In this document: in pieces, positions 14,006-25,998 of the stretch
Layout: the number at the start of each line of letters is the position of its first letter
Numbering within the stretch: the first letter of the stretch is position 1
NCBI GenBank assembly: GCA_964016885.1
Contig: OZ024743.1
Coordinates: 229,586,001-229,650,000 of the forward strand
From: Eledone cirrhosa
Lineage: Eukaryota
Direction of reading: 5' to 3'
Length of the DNA stretch: 64,000 nucleotides
Notes under the pieces: model-generated
Told to the model about the DNA's origin: nothing
The model's database searches: none
Seen by the model: the letters and a program-made list of their open reading frames with translations, nothing else
Translations under genes and position numbers: made by a program

Positions 14006-15037
14006 TCCACTAACAGCTCTACTAATACACACCCCATCCCCTCACATGATCCCTCCCCACTCCACCTTTCACACTTAACCATCCTCTCCCCTGTCCACCA
14101 CACCTCCGCACACACTGACACACTGACTTTCTCCACCTGCCATTCTCCTCTACTGCTGCTATGCCTTGACCCTCTGACTACTTCTCCGCACACACAGACA
14201 CACAGTCATCCCACCTTTCATTCTCCTCTACCCTCATCCTGCCTTTACCCTCTGACCACTTCCTGTTGCGCGCGCACCCCACATCTCCCTACTTCCGACT
14301 ACCACAAACACGGATTACACATCATTGGCCATCGTTCCCACTATCTACGCCATAACATGGAAAATATCCGGCACCTCTTCACATCCTCTACGAAACTACG
14401 TTAGGAACTCACCCACGGACATACACTCACAAACATTTTTTTCGAACCACGCCACCTACATCCACAAAACGTATAAACAACAACACACACGTGCGTATCG
14501 CCACATATATACACACTTAGCCTCCGGAATCCTCTACCCCGTACCCCACCCCTCTGACACCTCCCCACCCACACCCACACGCACACCGACCTACAACCCA
14601 CCCCACACACACACCTTTTCTAGAACATGGAACCTCGTTCTTCCCCCAACTCTCACATACACACACACACACACACACGTACACCTACAAACATACACCA
14701 CCTAGAGCCCTCCCCGCTCGGACACCCCGCCTCCCTCTCCCCACTCCACCCTACACCACCCCTACATGCCCCACACCCTTCCACCACCTGTTTATCTTCA
14801 TGTTTATTTTTATTTATTTTATTTTTATTTTTATTTGTACCCCTTCCACCGTTTTTCTTTACCCCCTTTTCTAAATTTCTCTCCTCCACTCCCCTACGCA
14901 CCCTCGGAACTCTCTTCCCTCCCACTTTTCGCTTGAAGAAGGGCTTATGCCGGAAACGCCCCCCCCTCTCAAGAGCGTGAAACTAATAAACCTTTGTTTG
15001 TACTGCCTCTCTGTTTTGTTCCCGTTCCATTTTTCAC
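12236..15037 (+). mobile_element. GC-rich Penelope-like element, family D, 5'-truncated and degenerate
   Basis: PELYGRYIDDCIG (RT), FLDI...FKPTDSYSYL (thumb), and a GIY-YIG segment near 13060-13330 (TTYVGQTGRRLADRF). A long C/A-rich 3' UTR ends in a hammerhead and AATAAA. A second copy lies at 40858-43468. Confidence 0.9.
14930..14960 (+). ncRNA. Decayed minimal hammerhead at the 3' end of Penelope D
   Basis: TTGAAGA-agggcttatgccg-GAAAcg; the paralogous copy at ~40950 has CTGAGGA and a perfect stem II. Confidence 0.7.
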
Positions 15038-15049
15038 TATATATATGTA

Positions 15050-15867
15050 CTAGCAGCTGAGCCCGGTTGCACCCGGTGCCACTTTTTATTAAGTTAATAA
15101 TTTGAAAAATATTATTGAAAGTTTATTATAAAGAAGCAGTTTCAGGAAAAAAAAATAGAAATATGCACTTGGGGCTGGACGGCGTAAAATGAGAAGTGGA
15201 GCGACGTGAAAAGCATTGTTTATTAACAGCGAAATAGCAATGTCGATGATATGCAATTTGAAAAATACTACTCACTGTTAGTGGTGGTTAACATGTATTA
15301 AAATAAAAACACGCGTCCTTTCTTCGCAATTTAAGGGTTTTATTTTTTTTAATGGAAAACAGTGACCGTACTGCAGAATCGATTTCATAAAACGGTACTG
15401 TATGATCGTTAAATGTAGAAGTATGATAGTTATTAACAGCGAAATAGCAATGTCGATGATATGCAAGTTTAAAAATGAATATTATGAAGGTTTGTATGAT
15501 AGTTTACACTTTTTCCTGAAACTGCTTCTTTATAATAAACTTTCCATAATATTTTTCAAATTATTGGTACTGTATGTTAACAGCGAAAGAACGTTGATGA
15601 GTTTAAAAATTTGTATGAAATTGTAAATAACTCAGCCAAGTATTAGAACAGGAGGAAATAACTCACCGAACGCGATAGTAAATAGACCGTTTGGGGTCCC
15701 TAGGGACCACACTTTTCAGGTTAGCGATTTGAAACCTCGTTTATTTGCTTCCTTGGCACGTTTTACATAGGTGTGTAAATTTTCATGTCCGTCCGACCAC
15801 GTCTACTACCATTTAACAGTGCACATCTGAATTTCAACCACCACCCATTTCACAAATATATATTAGA
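15050..15867 (-). mobile_element. Non-autonomous Helitron, second family
   Basis: Minus strand reads A|TC (15867) to CTAG|T (15050), with hairpin ccgg-ttgcac-ccgg near the 3' end. It contains an internal direct repeat (~15220/15431) and an inverted repeat (~15100-15150/15510-15563). Confidence 0.75.
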
Positions 15868-15872
15868 TATAT

Positions 15873-16245
15873 ATTGCGTGTAGGTAGTACGGAGAAATAC
15901 TGGTGTCGGTACCAAATCAAGCACTCTATGCAGAGGCAGAGTGTATATAATAGAAAAAACGAGTTTCGTGATTACATACGAAAAATATTTATTGCGTATC
16001 GACCTGCTACGCGCGTTTCTCAGAGGATTGGATCAAGGTGACCCATAGGAGTTATGGACCCGACTCCACCATCGATCTGCTCCTCAGACTGGTGATGCGA
16101 CAAGAAATATATTTTTGTTGTGGTATGTGTGCCGAGAAGTTATATTTATAGGCATCGGCCCTATTTTTTTGTGTGTGTGGACGTATGTGTGTATTTTGGT
16201 GTAATTAGTGAGGTAGAAATGCGGGTGTATATATATATATATATA
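15873..16245 (-). mobile_element. Penelope pLTR (family B) with a hammerhead at 16002-16093
   Basis: Minus strand reads accagt-CTGAGGA-gcaga...tctga-GAAA-cgcgcg-TA-gcaggt then aataaa; homologous to 3619-3830 and 18133-18280. Confidence 0.82.
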
Positions 16246-16577
16246 TGGGTGCGGATGCATTCATGTATATATATATGTGTGTCCCCGCATGTATCTGTGT
16301 GTTTCCAAATATATTAATAACTCCCTCTGGTCGAGCAATCTTTGAAGTGTGGGGACAACTGGAAAGCTTCCATTACTCATACTTCTCGCCTTCTTCACTA
16401 CCTCTTCTACGGCCTCGATATGAATACCCCCTCCGCCTCCGTGGTATTTTCTTCGTGGTTATAGGAGGCTTAGCTCTGTTTCTCGACCGTTATATCGCGT
16501 GACTATCTCCCCCTCCGCCTTTTGGGATTCTTTCTCACGTCGTGTAGACGCGTTCTTGAGACTAGTAAAATGAGGTA

Positions 16578-16665
16578 TCCTCTTGATAAGTCGGCAGACC
16601 TCGCAAGGACTCTATATCTTTGATATATTGTTTTTGTTTATGCCACGAAACTACGTAGTCGAGGA
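16578..16665 (+). ncRNA. Type I hammerhead, U3-A8 compensatory variant (unit 1)
   Basis: tcctc-TTGATAA-gt(c)ggca...tgccac-GAAA-ctacgtag-TC-gagga: 5-bp stem I, 6-bp stem II, palindromic ACTACGTAGT stem III, and a GUC cleavage site after 16660. Confidence 0.85.
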
Positions 16666-17172
16666 ATTTAGGAACAGTTTAGGTATGATACATTTTATTA
16701 CTAATTATATCTAAATGTTTCTTCTCTCTTCATAATGTATTTTTAACTCTGATACTGGTTCAGTCTAGTTCAAACTGAATTGGTCTGTCCCAGTCATTCA
16801 TTGAGCAACATCGGTGAAGTTGGCACCCTTAACTCACAGTTGGGTGCTGATGCATTCATGTATATATATATGTGTGTGTCCGCATGTATCTGTGTGTTTC
16901 CAAATATATTAATAACTCCCTCTGGTCGAGCAATCTTTGAAGTGTGGGGACAACTGGAAAGCTTCCATTACTCATACTTCTCGCCTTCTTCACTACCTCT
17001 TCTACGGCCTCGATATGAATACCCCCTCCGCCTCCGTGGTATTTTCTTCGTGGTTATAGGAGGCTTAGCTCTGTTTCTCGACCGTTATATCGCGTGACTA
17101 TCTCCCCCTCCGCCTTTTGGGATTCTTTCTCACGTCGTGTAGACGCGTTCTTGAGACTAGTAAAATGAGGTA

Positions 17173-17260
17173 TCCTCTTGATAAGTCGGCAGACCTCGCA
17201 AGGACTCTATATCTTTGATATATTGTTTTTGTTTATGCCACGAAACTACGTAGTCGAGGA
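17173..17260 (+). ncRNA. Type I hammerhead, U3-A8 variant (unit 2)
   Basis: Same motif as 16578-16665, offset by 595. Confidence 0.85.
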
Positions 17261-17767
17261 ATTTAGGAACAGTTTAGGTACGATACATTTTATTACTAAT
17301 TATATCTAAATGTTTCTTCTCTCTTCATAATGTATTTTTAACTCTGATACTGGTTCAATCTAGTTCAAACTGAATTGGTCTGTCCCAGTCATTCATTGAG
17401 CAACATCGGTGAAGTTGGCACCCTTAACTCACAGTTGGGTGCGGATGCATTCATGTATATATATATGTGTGTGTCCGCATGTATCTGTGTGTTTCCAAAT
17501 ATATTAATAACTCCCTCTGGTCGAGCAATCTTTGAAGTGTGGGGACAACTGGAAAGCTTCCATTACTCATACTTCTCGCCTTCTTCACTACCTCTTCTAC
17601 GGCCTCGATATGAATACCCCCTCCGCCTCCGTGGTATTTTCTTCGTGGTTATAGGAGGCTTAGCTCTGTTTCTCGACCGTTATATCGCGTGACTATCTCC
17701 ACCTCCGCCTTTTGGGATTCTTTCTCACGTCGTGTAGACGCGTTCTTGAGACTAGTAAAATGAGGTA

Positions 17768-17855
17768 TCCTCTTGATAAGTCGGCAGACCTCGCAAGGAC
17801 TCTATATCTTTGATATATTGTTTTTGTTTATGCCACGAAACTACGTAGTCGAGGA
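17768..17855 (+). ncRNA. Type I hammerhead, U3-A8 variant (unit 3)
   Basis: Same motif as 16578-16665, offset by 1190. Confidence 0.85.
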
Positions 17856-18093
17856 ATTTAGGAACAGTTTAGGTATGATACATTTTATTACTAATTATAT
17901 CTAAATGTTTCTTCTCTCTTCATAATGTATTTTTAACTCTGATACTGGTTCAGTCTAGTTCAAACTGAATTGGTCTGTCCCAGTCATTCATTGAGCAACA
18001 TCGGTGAAGTTGGCACCCTTAACTCACAGTTGGGTGCGGATGCATTCATGTATATATATATGTGTGTGTCCGCATGTATCTGTGTGTTTCCAA

Positions 18094-18132
<39 letters not shown>

Positions 18133-18135
<3 letters not shown>

Positions 18136-18280
18136 ATCGGCCTCCATACCACAAAAAAATAATATCTGAGGAGCAGATCAAAACTAGAGTCGGGTCCATA
18201 ACTCACCTTGAGCCAATCCTCTGCGAAACGCGTATAACAGGTCGATACGCAATAAACTTTCTCGTTTATTCTATTATATA
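18133..18280 (+). mobile_element. Inverted family-B pLTR fragment with hammerhead
   Basis: CTGAGGA(18166)-gcaga...tctgc-GAAA-cgcg-TA; reverse complement of ~15943-16140 with deletions. Confidence 0.82.
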
Positions 18281-18389
18281 TATATGTATATATATATATA
18301 TACACAGATCCTTATACACACTCGCGCACCACACACACACAAGCATACTACTACATATCTATCTATCTGTATTCGTATATTTATGTATG

Positions 18390-18420
<31 letters not shown>

Positions 18421-18919
18421 GCATATATATATATATACACACACGCACATACAGACATCACGTATCAGTACATAACACTATCCACTATAGAGTATTCAGA
18501 ATAGTAACATTTTATGTCACTCTGTCTATAGGACAATGGTCTCCATTCAGATATAAATGAAAGCCTACTCATTTTTTTTTTGGCTTTTGTTTCTGCACTT
18601 TGTCTTTTTGATGTGTTTGTTGTTGTTATTGTAGCTATTGTTCTTGTCATTGATATTGTCTTGTATTTTATTGTCAGTAGTCTTTGTGATATTGTTGACG
18701 TCATTGCTGAATCTTCCTTACATGATATATGCACGTTCCATACTTCCCGTATATTGCTTTATTGTTTTGTGTTTTTTAGAAATGGCTGGATGTACTGTTA
18801 AAAAGGATCACTTACAGCCTGTAGTTACTAGTTCGATTCTTCCGTTCGGCGTCCTGGAATCGACACGTCTTTCGTGCTAATCGCGAATTAACAACAACAA
18901 TCTGCCTTTTATAGATAAT

Positions 18920-19103
18920 TGTTTCTACTTTAGGCACAAGGCCAGCAATTACCCAGTGCATTACTGGTACTTTAGTTTATCGACCCCGTAAGGATGAAAG
19001 GCAAAGTCAACCTCGGCGGGATTTGAACTCAGATCGTACAAGGACGTAACTATGCTGGAAAGCATGGCGTCCGACCCTCTACCGATACTGCCAATCTACC
19101 GCC
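18920..19103 (-). mobile_element. tRNA-derived SINE (family 1), full length, with TSD
   Basis: On the minus strand: A box tggcagtatcgg, B box gagttcaaatcc, body tttgcctttcatccttacggggtcgataaa. The direct repeat ttttatagataat flanks both sides. Confidence 0.9.
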
Positions 19104-19115
19104 TTTTATAGATAA

Positions 19116-19316
<201 letters not shown>

Positions 19317-19397
19317 ACATACCACATATATATACCACAAAAATATTGAAAACAATTAGTGTTATTAGGTTCACTCTATGGATGAAAGAGAGAATAA

Positions 19398-19436
19398 AGT
19401 TCAACGTTTCGGACGTTAGTCCTTCATCAGGTGAGT
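19398..19436 (-). ncRNA. Minimal hammerhead in a solo Penelope-type terminal fragment (~19330-19655)
   Basis: Minus strand reads CTGATGA-a-ggac-taac-gtcc-GAAAcgtt; the same stem II family occurs at 30615-30655. Confidence 0.8.
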
Positions 19437-19654
19437 ACAATAACAGATGTAATAGAAAATAGAAAAAGAGGGACATCTGAGGGTGTCTGTTTATAATGTT
19501 TTGTGAATATCAGCTTATATATGACTCTTCATTTTCTGAAGCCCCAACTGTTAACCGTATAAATTTCGTCCGGTTCATGTTCGTGATCTAAGATCTAACA
19601 ACAAGATACGATCAAACATTATATCCAGCACCACTCAAAATCCTGTTATCTGCA

Positions 19655-19772
<118 letters not shown>

Positions 19773-19814
19773 GGAGTGTGCATGCTTTTATATACATACA
19801 TATAGCCATATGTT

Positions 19815-19847
<33 letters not shown>

Positions 19848-20353
19848 TTGTGTGTCTGTATTTATATATATATATATAAGTATATATATAAAAAATGTAT
19901 ATATATATATCTGTGTCTGTGAGTGAACATATATTCATACATACATATATGCATAGATATCAGCATGTATGCATACATTCATTCAAACATATATGAATAC
20001 ATACATGCATACATACATACACATTCATATATACATACATACATACGTACATACATACATAAATACATACATACATACACATTAAGCACCATTTTTGTGC
20101 TTTTGTTTTGGCCTGAGGCAATGGGAAATTGAGGTGGGCAACTTGTTTCAAATTAGGCAAACACAATCAGATTGCTATTACCATCTTTTAAAATTCTTAC
20201 CTTTTCTGGCTACAGTTCTTCTTTTCTTTTTCTTTATTTCACCGAATATTACCGTTAATATTATTATTGTTATTATTTACGTCGATACTTGCTACATCAT
20301 CATAATCATAATCATCCTCATTATTATTATTATTATTATTATTGTTATTATTA

Positions 20354-20400
<47 letters not shown>

Positions 20401-20578
20401 CATTATTGTGTTATTGGCCCTTATGGCAAGTAAAAAAAATATTATTATTTGTATTATTTTCAACGTATTTTTTAACAGCAAATTTACTTTTGGTTTGTTT
20501 TATTTGTATTTATATAATATAGACTGCACAGTATAACGTATACACTGTACTGTACATACACTGTACACTAAAATATAC

Positions 20579-20668
<90 letters not shown>

Positions 20669-20669
20669 C

Positions 20670-20718
<49 letters not shown>

Positions 20719-20914
20719 CATATATATGTGTGTGTGTGTGTATGTATAAAGGAAGTAAACAAAATAATGAGTTATAGGAATAGAAAATAAAATATATATT
20801 ATGTTTAGGCAGCAATCATTACTTTAGCAACAGCAGCAGCAGCAGCAGCAGCACAGTGACAGTAGCCGAATCAATAGTGGCAAAAACTTAACCAATGGCT
20901 ATATCAAAAGCTGT

Positions 20915-21150
20915 GGAGATGTGTGGTCTTGTGCTAAGAGTGTTGGACTTATGATCGCAATGTTGTGGGTTCGACCCTTTGGCCGGGTTGCTTGTTGTGC
21001 TTTTGAGCAAAACACTTCATTGCACATTGCTCCAGTATACTGGTTTAACTCTGGACTGGATTGGCGTCCTGTCCAGTGTGGAATATGGTACTCCACGCGA
21101 CGAAACCGGGAAAATCACCGGCCCCACGAGCTTTCTGGCTTGAGACAGTC
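20915..21150 (+). mobile_element. Degenerate tRNA-derived SINE (family 2)
   Basis: B box gggttcgaccc and body ttgagcaaaacacttcattgcacattgctcc, similar to 6578-6695. Confidence 0.6.
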
Positions 21151-21167
21151 AGATATCAAAAGCTATA

Positions 21168-21214
<47 letters not shown>

Positions 21215-21686
21215 ATCCTGGTTGCACCACATCACCACACTCACCACCAACTGACACAGCCACAACCCAAACTAGCAAAACTAACATCACCAACACCGCT
21301 ACCAAAGTTACCACAACAGCTTCCACCGCATCACCAATCCCCACATTACGACGACCACAATTACAATCACCAAATTCATCACCAGCACAACCATCACCTA
21401 TATAATCACTATCTCAACCACTACTACAACTAGTACCACTACGCCCGCCACCGTTACCAATATCAGTATAATAAATAACTATCACCACTATCTCAACCAC
21501 TACTACAACTAGCACCATCACTCTAACCACCATCCAACAACAACCTTTATCTATAGCAACATCACACCATCATCAGCCTAATTATTACATTTACACCATA
21601 AAAACACTAAATACTATCATAATCACTATCAGTATGTTGTCACATTAACGTCACAAGCAGCACATTATTACACTAACGCACTAAAT

Positions 21687-21865
21687 GTTTCTACTTTTGG
21701 CACAAGGCCAGCAAATTATCGAGTGCATTACTGGTACTTTATTTTATCAACCCCGTAATAATGAAAGACAAAGTTAACCTCGGCGGGATTTTAACTCAGA
21801 ATGGCAAGGGCCGTAACTCTATGCATCAAAACATGGTGTCCGACCCTCTACCGATACTGCCAATC
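21687..21865 (-). mobile_element. SINE family 1 with 16-bp TSD
   Basis: Family-1 body; cactaacgcactaaat at 21671-21686 and 21866-21881. Confidence 0.9.
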
Positions 21866-22712
21866 CACTAACGCACTAAATAATGCTAATGACACTAAGT
21901 ATTATAATACTATTATAACGTCGCTACACCAATGCCACTAATAATGCATGAAGACATTCACACCACTGACAATACTAAATATTATTAATATCACTAACAA
22001 CACATTAACAGATTAAGAATCTTGACAAAGGGCAATAACTCCAAAACAACATTGAGGATTGTTTCTCTCTGTCACCGCTAGAACAAAAAGAGGACGATGG
22101 TCATCTCAAAAACATAGCGTATTGAGCCTGTGTGCTTGCAAATGAATTGAATATTATCATTATTCGATATAAAACTTACAAATACATTTACGTATCGGCT
22201 ATGTTAGTACAAACAATTATATTCTACTGTAAATATTGCTATCTATATATTATTACACCCCCCAACACTATCAAATCATCGTTATTTTAGTAACAATGGT
22301 AAATAACTGTTACAAGCACAGATAAAATTTGGGTTGGGTTTGCAAATGTATGGCTTATATCTACCTATGTTGAATATATACAAATGCAGGTATTTATTTC
22401 CAGTTGCCATTTGGAAAGTTTCTCTAAAAAAAAAAATATATATATATCTATATCTTTATCATAATCATGCCTGTATATTTTCTTCAGTTCTCATAAAACA
22501 ACACATTTTATAGATTATTTTCTTCGGTGTGTATCCGGTTTATAATAAGTACACCGTATCCCCGCGGGTCTTAAGAGGCGACTAAAAGATTTGGCGCCAG
22601 GAAAAGTATCCGGATATAAAATATTGCTTCAAAAAGAACCACATGATAATTATAAAGCCTGTCATTGGTCCGGCAAGTCTAACGTTTCTTTGTTATATAA
22701 TATGTATATAAT

Positions 22713-22830
22713 ATGATCTGAGTTCAAATCCCGCCGAGGTTAACTTTGCCTTTCATCCTTACGGGGTCGATAAAATAAAGTACCAGTAATACACTGGGAA
22801 ATTGCTGGCCTTGTGCCTAACGTAGAAACA
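22713..22830 (+). mobile_element. SINE family 1, 5' truncated, with 17-bp TSD
   Basis: gatctgagttcaaatcccgccgagg...; gttatataatatgtata at 22692 and 22831. Confidence 0.9.
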
Positions 22831-24257
22831 GTTATATAATATGTATAGATTAATTTATAATATAATATACAGTAAATGTGACTGAATATATGCTGTTCAG
22901 TCAATTATAAGTTAAGAGATGAGAGTGGTCATTAGATGTAAGTAAGTTTAGATGAGAACGTGGCATGGGCGAATGTTTAAGAAGTTCTCTTCGTAATCAA
23001 TGTTCCGACCCATTGCGTGAGACGGGAACTGTATTGAAGGAAGCCCGTCGTATTGTATGTATCTGTGATTCAAATAGCGAGCTCTGCCGCACAGTGTCAA
23101 CTTGAACCTCCATGTACATGTGGAATGCTTAATCACTTGCACCTTAAATTCCAAAGCAGGCTATTCTGCTGATCAAACAACAGGACCACTCAATTTCGAA
23201 ATTGACGGATGTCCATTCCAAGTTTAGTGACCATATGCATAGAAAGAAATTGGAGTGAAGTTTCAATTTCTATTTTATCATTCATTGTTTTCTTTAAATC
23301 AAATTGTTTTGCAATCATTTTGTACTGAAATACAAACTTTGCCATTAGAAATAACAATATACATTCAATTGTGAACCAACGTAGAAGGAACATAAAATAT
23401 TTAAGAAATAGGCACTATATGCTATAACATGGCCCTGTGTTTACTCCTTGAGCAAGAGAAAGATAGAAGTGGTTGTGGGTGGCATCAGCAAACACTGAGT
23501 TTTATCTATTTAATTGAATAGAATATCCACGTTGCTAGCTAGATTGTATCATTTAAGTATAGGCAGGATTTACCTGGAGTCAGTTGCACGAGCCGGTGGT
23601 TAAATGTCATTTTAAAATGCGAACCGGTATAAAGACTTTAAGCTGCCTGGAATTTCAAGTTAACTTTCAGTAATCTGAAATCGCTACACTGGCTTACTTT
23701 TTTGCATGTATTTTTACTGTACGACAATTTATAATATCAATTTTCGGTGTTAGTATGTTTGCCTTAATATTTTGTGCCGTGATTATGTTTTTGCCATAAA
23801 CATGTTTTATATAAAAAAAAAATTTCTTTGTTTCTCTTTATCGTAACGTTGAATAAGAAATATTAAAGAAAAAAAATGGACAGGAAAATCTAACAAAGAT
23901 CTCTTCATTGAACCTTTAGTTTAGTTCGTAGTTTTCATTTCAGGAACTAAGTGTCTTGTTTATTCTATTATCATTCTCTTGGTTTCTTTTATTAGAATGT
24001 AGCCATGCAGGGTGTATTTATGAATATAGTGGATCATATCGGCAGCAGTACTTATTTTTTCAAGTCTAGCACTTTTTTGTCATCGATCTCTTTTTTGTCA
24101 ATCTGCTAAGTTACGGGAAATAAACACAAACAGACTAAACATAGACATGGAAAACAAATACACGCACGCGCACACACACACACACACACATATACAGACA
24201 CACACATACATACACACACACACACACATGCACACACACGCATACGCATATATATCT

Positions 24258-24740
24258 AATCAACTTCTAAGTAGGATCTTCCAGCTTCAATGCACTTGTA
24301 GCGCTCCAGCGATTTATGCAAGGCCCCTTTGTAGTCCTCCAAAATGAAGGTGTCCAGGGCGCTTGTCCCATCATCCCTCATCTCCTCCATAGAGTGGAAG
24401 AGTTCTGGTCACTTGCGACGAAATCTCTTTCTGAACTGCCTCAAAACCTCTACATTCTACTCTTTGTTGACTGTCTGGCTGTGGGGGATACATTGGATAT
24501 AGATGATGTCCTTGCTGTCGATGAATGGGATCCTCATGAGCTCCCCAGTTGATCTGCTTCGCTTGGCCTTCTTTGATATTGGGGAATCAGAATGTTTTCA
24601 CAGGGCACTCTGTCTCTTCGTCTCTGGATAATTACAGTAGACCCAGCTCTCGTCACAGGTTATCGGAGACTCTTGGATTCGAAGCGATCAAGTCGACCAT
24701 CTCGCTGCTGTCATCAATGCACCTCTGCCTTTGTCACAGT
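24258..24740 (-). pseudogene. mariner transposase remnant with internal deletion
   Basis: Hand translation of the minus strand gives ITCDESWVYCNYPETKRQS...QTVNKE*NVEVLRQFRKRFRRK*PEL and a C-terminal ERYKCIEAGRSY. These match the mariner TGDExWxY motif and C-terminus. Confidence 0.8.
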
Positions 24741-25189
24741 ATAACAGCGTGTGAAAAAGCCCTTTGAAATGCCGGTACGGTTCATTCGACGAGCTTCCAA
24801 ACAGTTTCTGTCTACCCAGTTTCACCCACAAGATGTCACAGAGAGTAATCAAACTAAATACTTATTGAATGCGAAGCAAATATATTAAACAAGAGGCCAT
24901 GTTTCGTCTTCTACAAATGATCCGAATCTTAACCAGACAAAACGTTACGTTTGGATAAGAAATGATGGATCCCCTTTTCTTTATTTCCACAGCTGTAGCA
25001 CGTAACTAGTACTGACTAGTAACATGTTACTCTTGTCAAAGAGTCTCTGTCTTGGATATTGTTGTTATTGTTATTGCTTGTATTGTTGATTTTCATGTTG
25101 GAACTGTTGTTGATTTAGTTGTTACTGTTGTACAGTTGGTGATATTTTTAGTTACTCTTGTCACATTCTTCCTCATTATTGTTATTCCA

Positions 25190-25915
25190 GCATAGTTACG
25201 TCCCTTTACGATCTGAGTTCAAATCCCGCCGAGGTTGACTTTGCCTTTCATCCTTACGGGGTCGATAAAATAAAGTACCAGTAATGCACTGGGTAATTGC
25301 TGGCCTTGTGCCAAAAGTAGAAACAATTATTGTTAATATTATTATTATACACAGGGCGGTGGATTGGCCAGTATCGGTAGAGGGTCGGATGCCATGCTTT
25401 GAAGCATAGAGTTACCTCCCTTTATGATCTGAGTTCAAATCCCTCCGAGGTTAACTTTGCCTTTCATCCTTACAGGGTCGATAGAATAAAGTACCAGTAA
25501 TACACTGGAATAATTGCTGGCCTTGTGCCAAAAGTAGAAACAGTTATTATTATATACGGTGTCGATAAAATAAAGTACCAGTAATGTACTGGATAATTGC
25601 TGGTCTTGTGCCAATAGGAGAAACAATTACTGTTATATACGGTGGATTGTCAATCAGGCACCGTGCTTTTCAACATAGAGTTTAGCTTTGACTTTCATCC
25701 TTACGGGGTCGAGAAATAAAACACCAGTAATGGACTGGAGTAGATTTAATCGACTTTCCCTTCCCACAAAATTGTTGGTCTTGTGGCTCTCTCAGAAATT
25801 ATTATTAATATTGTTCTGAGTTCAAATCCCGCCGAGGTTGACTTTGCCTTTCATCCTTACGGGGTCGATAAAATAAAGTACCAGTAATGCACTGGGTAAT
25901 TGCTGGCCTTGTGCC
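25190..25915 (+). mobile_element. Head-to-tail cluster of five partial or full family-1 SINE copies
   Basis: The gtcgataaaataaagtaccagtaat module recurs at ~25261, 25478, 25561, 25708 and 25864. One copy with its tRNA head starts at ~25354. Confidence 0.9.
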
Positions 25916-25998
25916 AGTGACAAAGAGAAAGAACAATATTAATAATTGCTTCTACTTAGAAGCAATTATTAATATTGTTCTTTCTCTTTGTCACTGGC
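25913..25998. repeat. Perfect palindrome with 42-bp arms and a 2-nt spacer
   Basis: gccagtgacaaagagaaagaacaatattaataattgcttcta-ct-tagaagcaattattaatattgttctttctctttgtcactggc. Confidence 0.95.

Larger units (their letters stand above)
16246..18100 (+). repeat. Tandem array of 595-bp units (3 full plus ~70 bp), each with a hammerhead; retrozyme-like
   Basis: Repeated ORFs start at 16780, 17375 and 17970 (period 595). Units differ by only a handful of substitutions. Confidence 0.97.

Noticed and set aside
16246-18100. CRISPR-like array
   Set aside because: Whole units repeat with no unique spacers, the context is eukaryotic and no cas genes are present.
16245-18560. Repeated 105-aa ORF in the 595-bp unit
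   Set aside because: It starts at a non-ATG codon, crosses a TA/TG microsatellite and has no recognisable motif; the conserved signal is the RNA structure.
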